A stretch of DNA of 5,620 bases from an uncultured archaeon (lineage in GTDB: Archaea; Asgardarchaeota; Lokiarchaeia; Sigyniarchaeales; Promethearchaeaceae), in contig CAYRPF010000093.1 of the NCBI GenBank assembly GCA_964426185.1, positions 1-5,620 on the forward strand, in the 5' to 3' direction. The position numbers and the translations under genes are program-made. Below are positions 5,051 to 5,620 of this stretch, piece after piece. Each line of letters begins with the position of its first letter. Position 1 is the stretch's first letter. The notes beneath the pieces were generated by a model. It was not told the DNA's origin and did no database searches. It was given only the letters and a program-made list of their open reading frames with translations.

Positions 5051-5620
5051 CTGAATTCCTCGCTTATTATAGGGTGGTTCATCCAAAATTAGTTGAACTA
5101 TTGCTTTAAAAATAATCTCGGTATTATAACCAGTTTTTGCGGAAGTTTCAAATGCTTTCGCAGCACCAATCTTACAACGAACTTCATCCACTACACCATC
5201 GTCAAATTTTAAGTCGGGATTAACAATATCATATTTGGCACCAACCAGAATTGAAGGAATCAGCTCAGTATTTGCTTGAACCAAAGGTAACCATGTCTCC
5301 ACAAGATGAACTAAACTGTGAAAAGCCGTCATGTCGTAAACATATATTACCCCATTCGCACCTAGAATAAATTGAGAGAGAAGCGGGCGAAAACGTTCTT
5401 GACCTCCAAAATCCCAAATTGAGAGCCCCACCCCAATTTTTTCACCTTTTTCTTTGGCAGGAAGCGAATAATTGTTGAAGCTCAATCCGATGGTCAGTTT
5501 AGTGTCAAGAAATTCGGAATAACAAAACCTATTAGTTAGACAAGTTTTTCCCACTCCCCCGTCTCCAACGAGTATTATTTTAAACTGGTAACGAATGTTA
5601 TCTGAGATTTGAAACGACAT
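5042..5620 (-). CDS. Rab-like small GTPase (Ras superfamily, Asgard type)
   Basis: G1 GDGGVGKT (5543-5566), G2 TIGLSF, G3 WDFGGQERF (5390-5416), G4 GAKYD (5228-5242), G5 ETSAK. The ATG sits at the window edge, so an N-terminal extension cannot be excluded. Confidence 0.95.
   Translation of the reverse strand: MSFQISDNIRYQFKIILVGDGGVGKTCLTNRFCYSEFLDTKLTIGLSFNNYSLPAKEKGEKIGVGLSIWDFGGQERFRPLLSQFILGANGVIYVYDMTAFHSLVHLVETWLPLVQANTELIPSILVGAKYDIVNPDLKFDDGVVDEVRCKIGAAKAFETSAKTGYNTEIIFKAIVQLILDEPPYNKRGIQLL

Noticed and set aside
2286-5620. GTPase prenylation system (prenyl synthase near a Rab-like GTPase)
   Set aside because: The GTPase has no C-terminal Cys motif, lies on the opposite strand, and no protein prenyltransferase subunit is present in the window.

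Overview
AT-rich, gene-dense window with six probable protein-coding genes. The mix of a Rab-like small GTPase lacking a lipidation tail, a TrmB regulator, TATA-like promoters and oligo-T terminators points to an archaeon, most likely Asgard/Lokiarchaeia (inference). Gene order: (-) a very acidic ~291-aa protein with Cys/His clusters at both ends and a central basic PKKRKKRV patch; (+) radical SAM enzyme of the RPPSE/NHASNY type; (+) polyprenyl-synthetase-fold protein with an intact first Asp-rich motif but a remodelled second motif and altered IPP-site motifs; (+) helical hypothetical protein coupled (ATGA) to (+) a TrmB regulator; (-) Rab-like GTPase overlapping the TrmB 3' end by 9 bp. The first ~240 bp are non-coding and hold a 113-bp segment bounded by a 13-bp inverted repeat. 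The best candidates for new biology are the acidic Zn-finger protein, whose layout resembles a histone chaperone or chromatin factor, and the non-canonical prenyltransferase next to an orphan-plus-TrmB unit. No rRNA, tRNA, CRISPR array or transposase was recognised.
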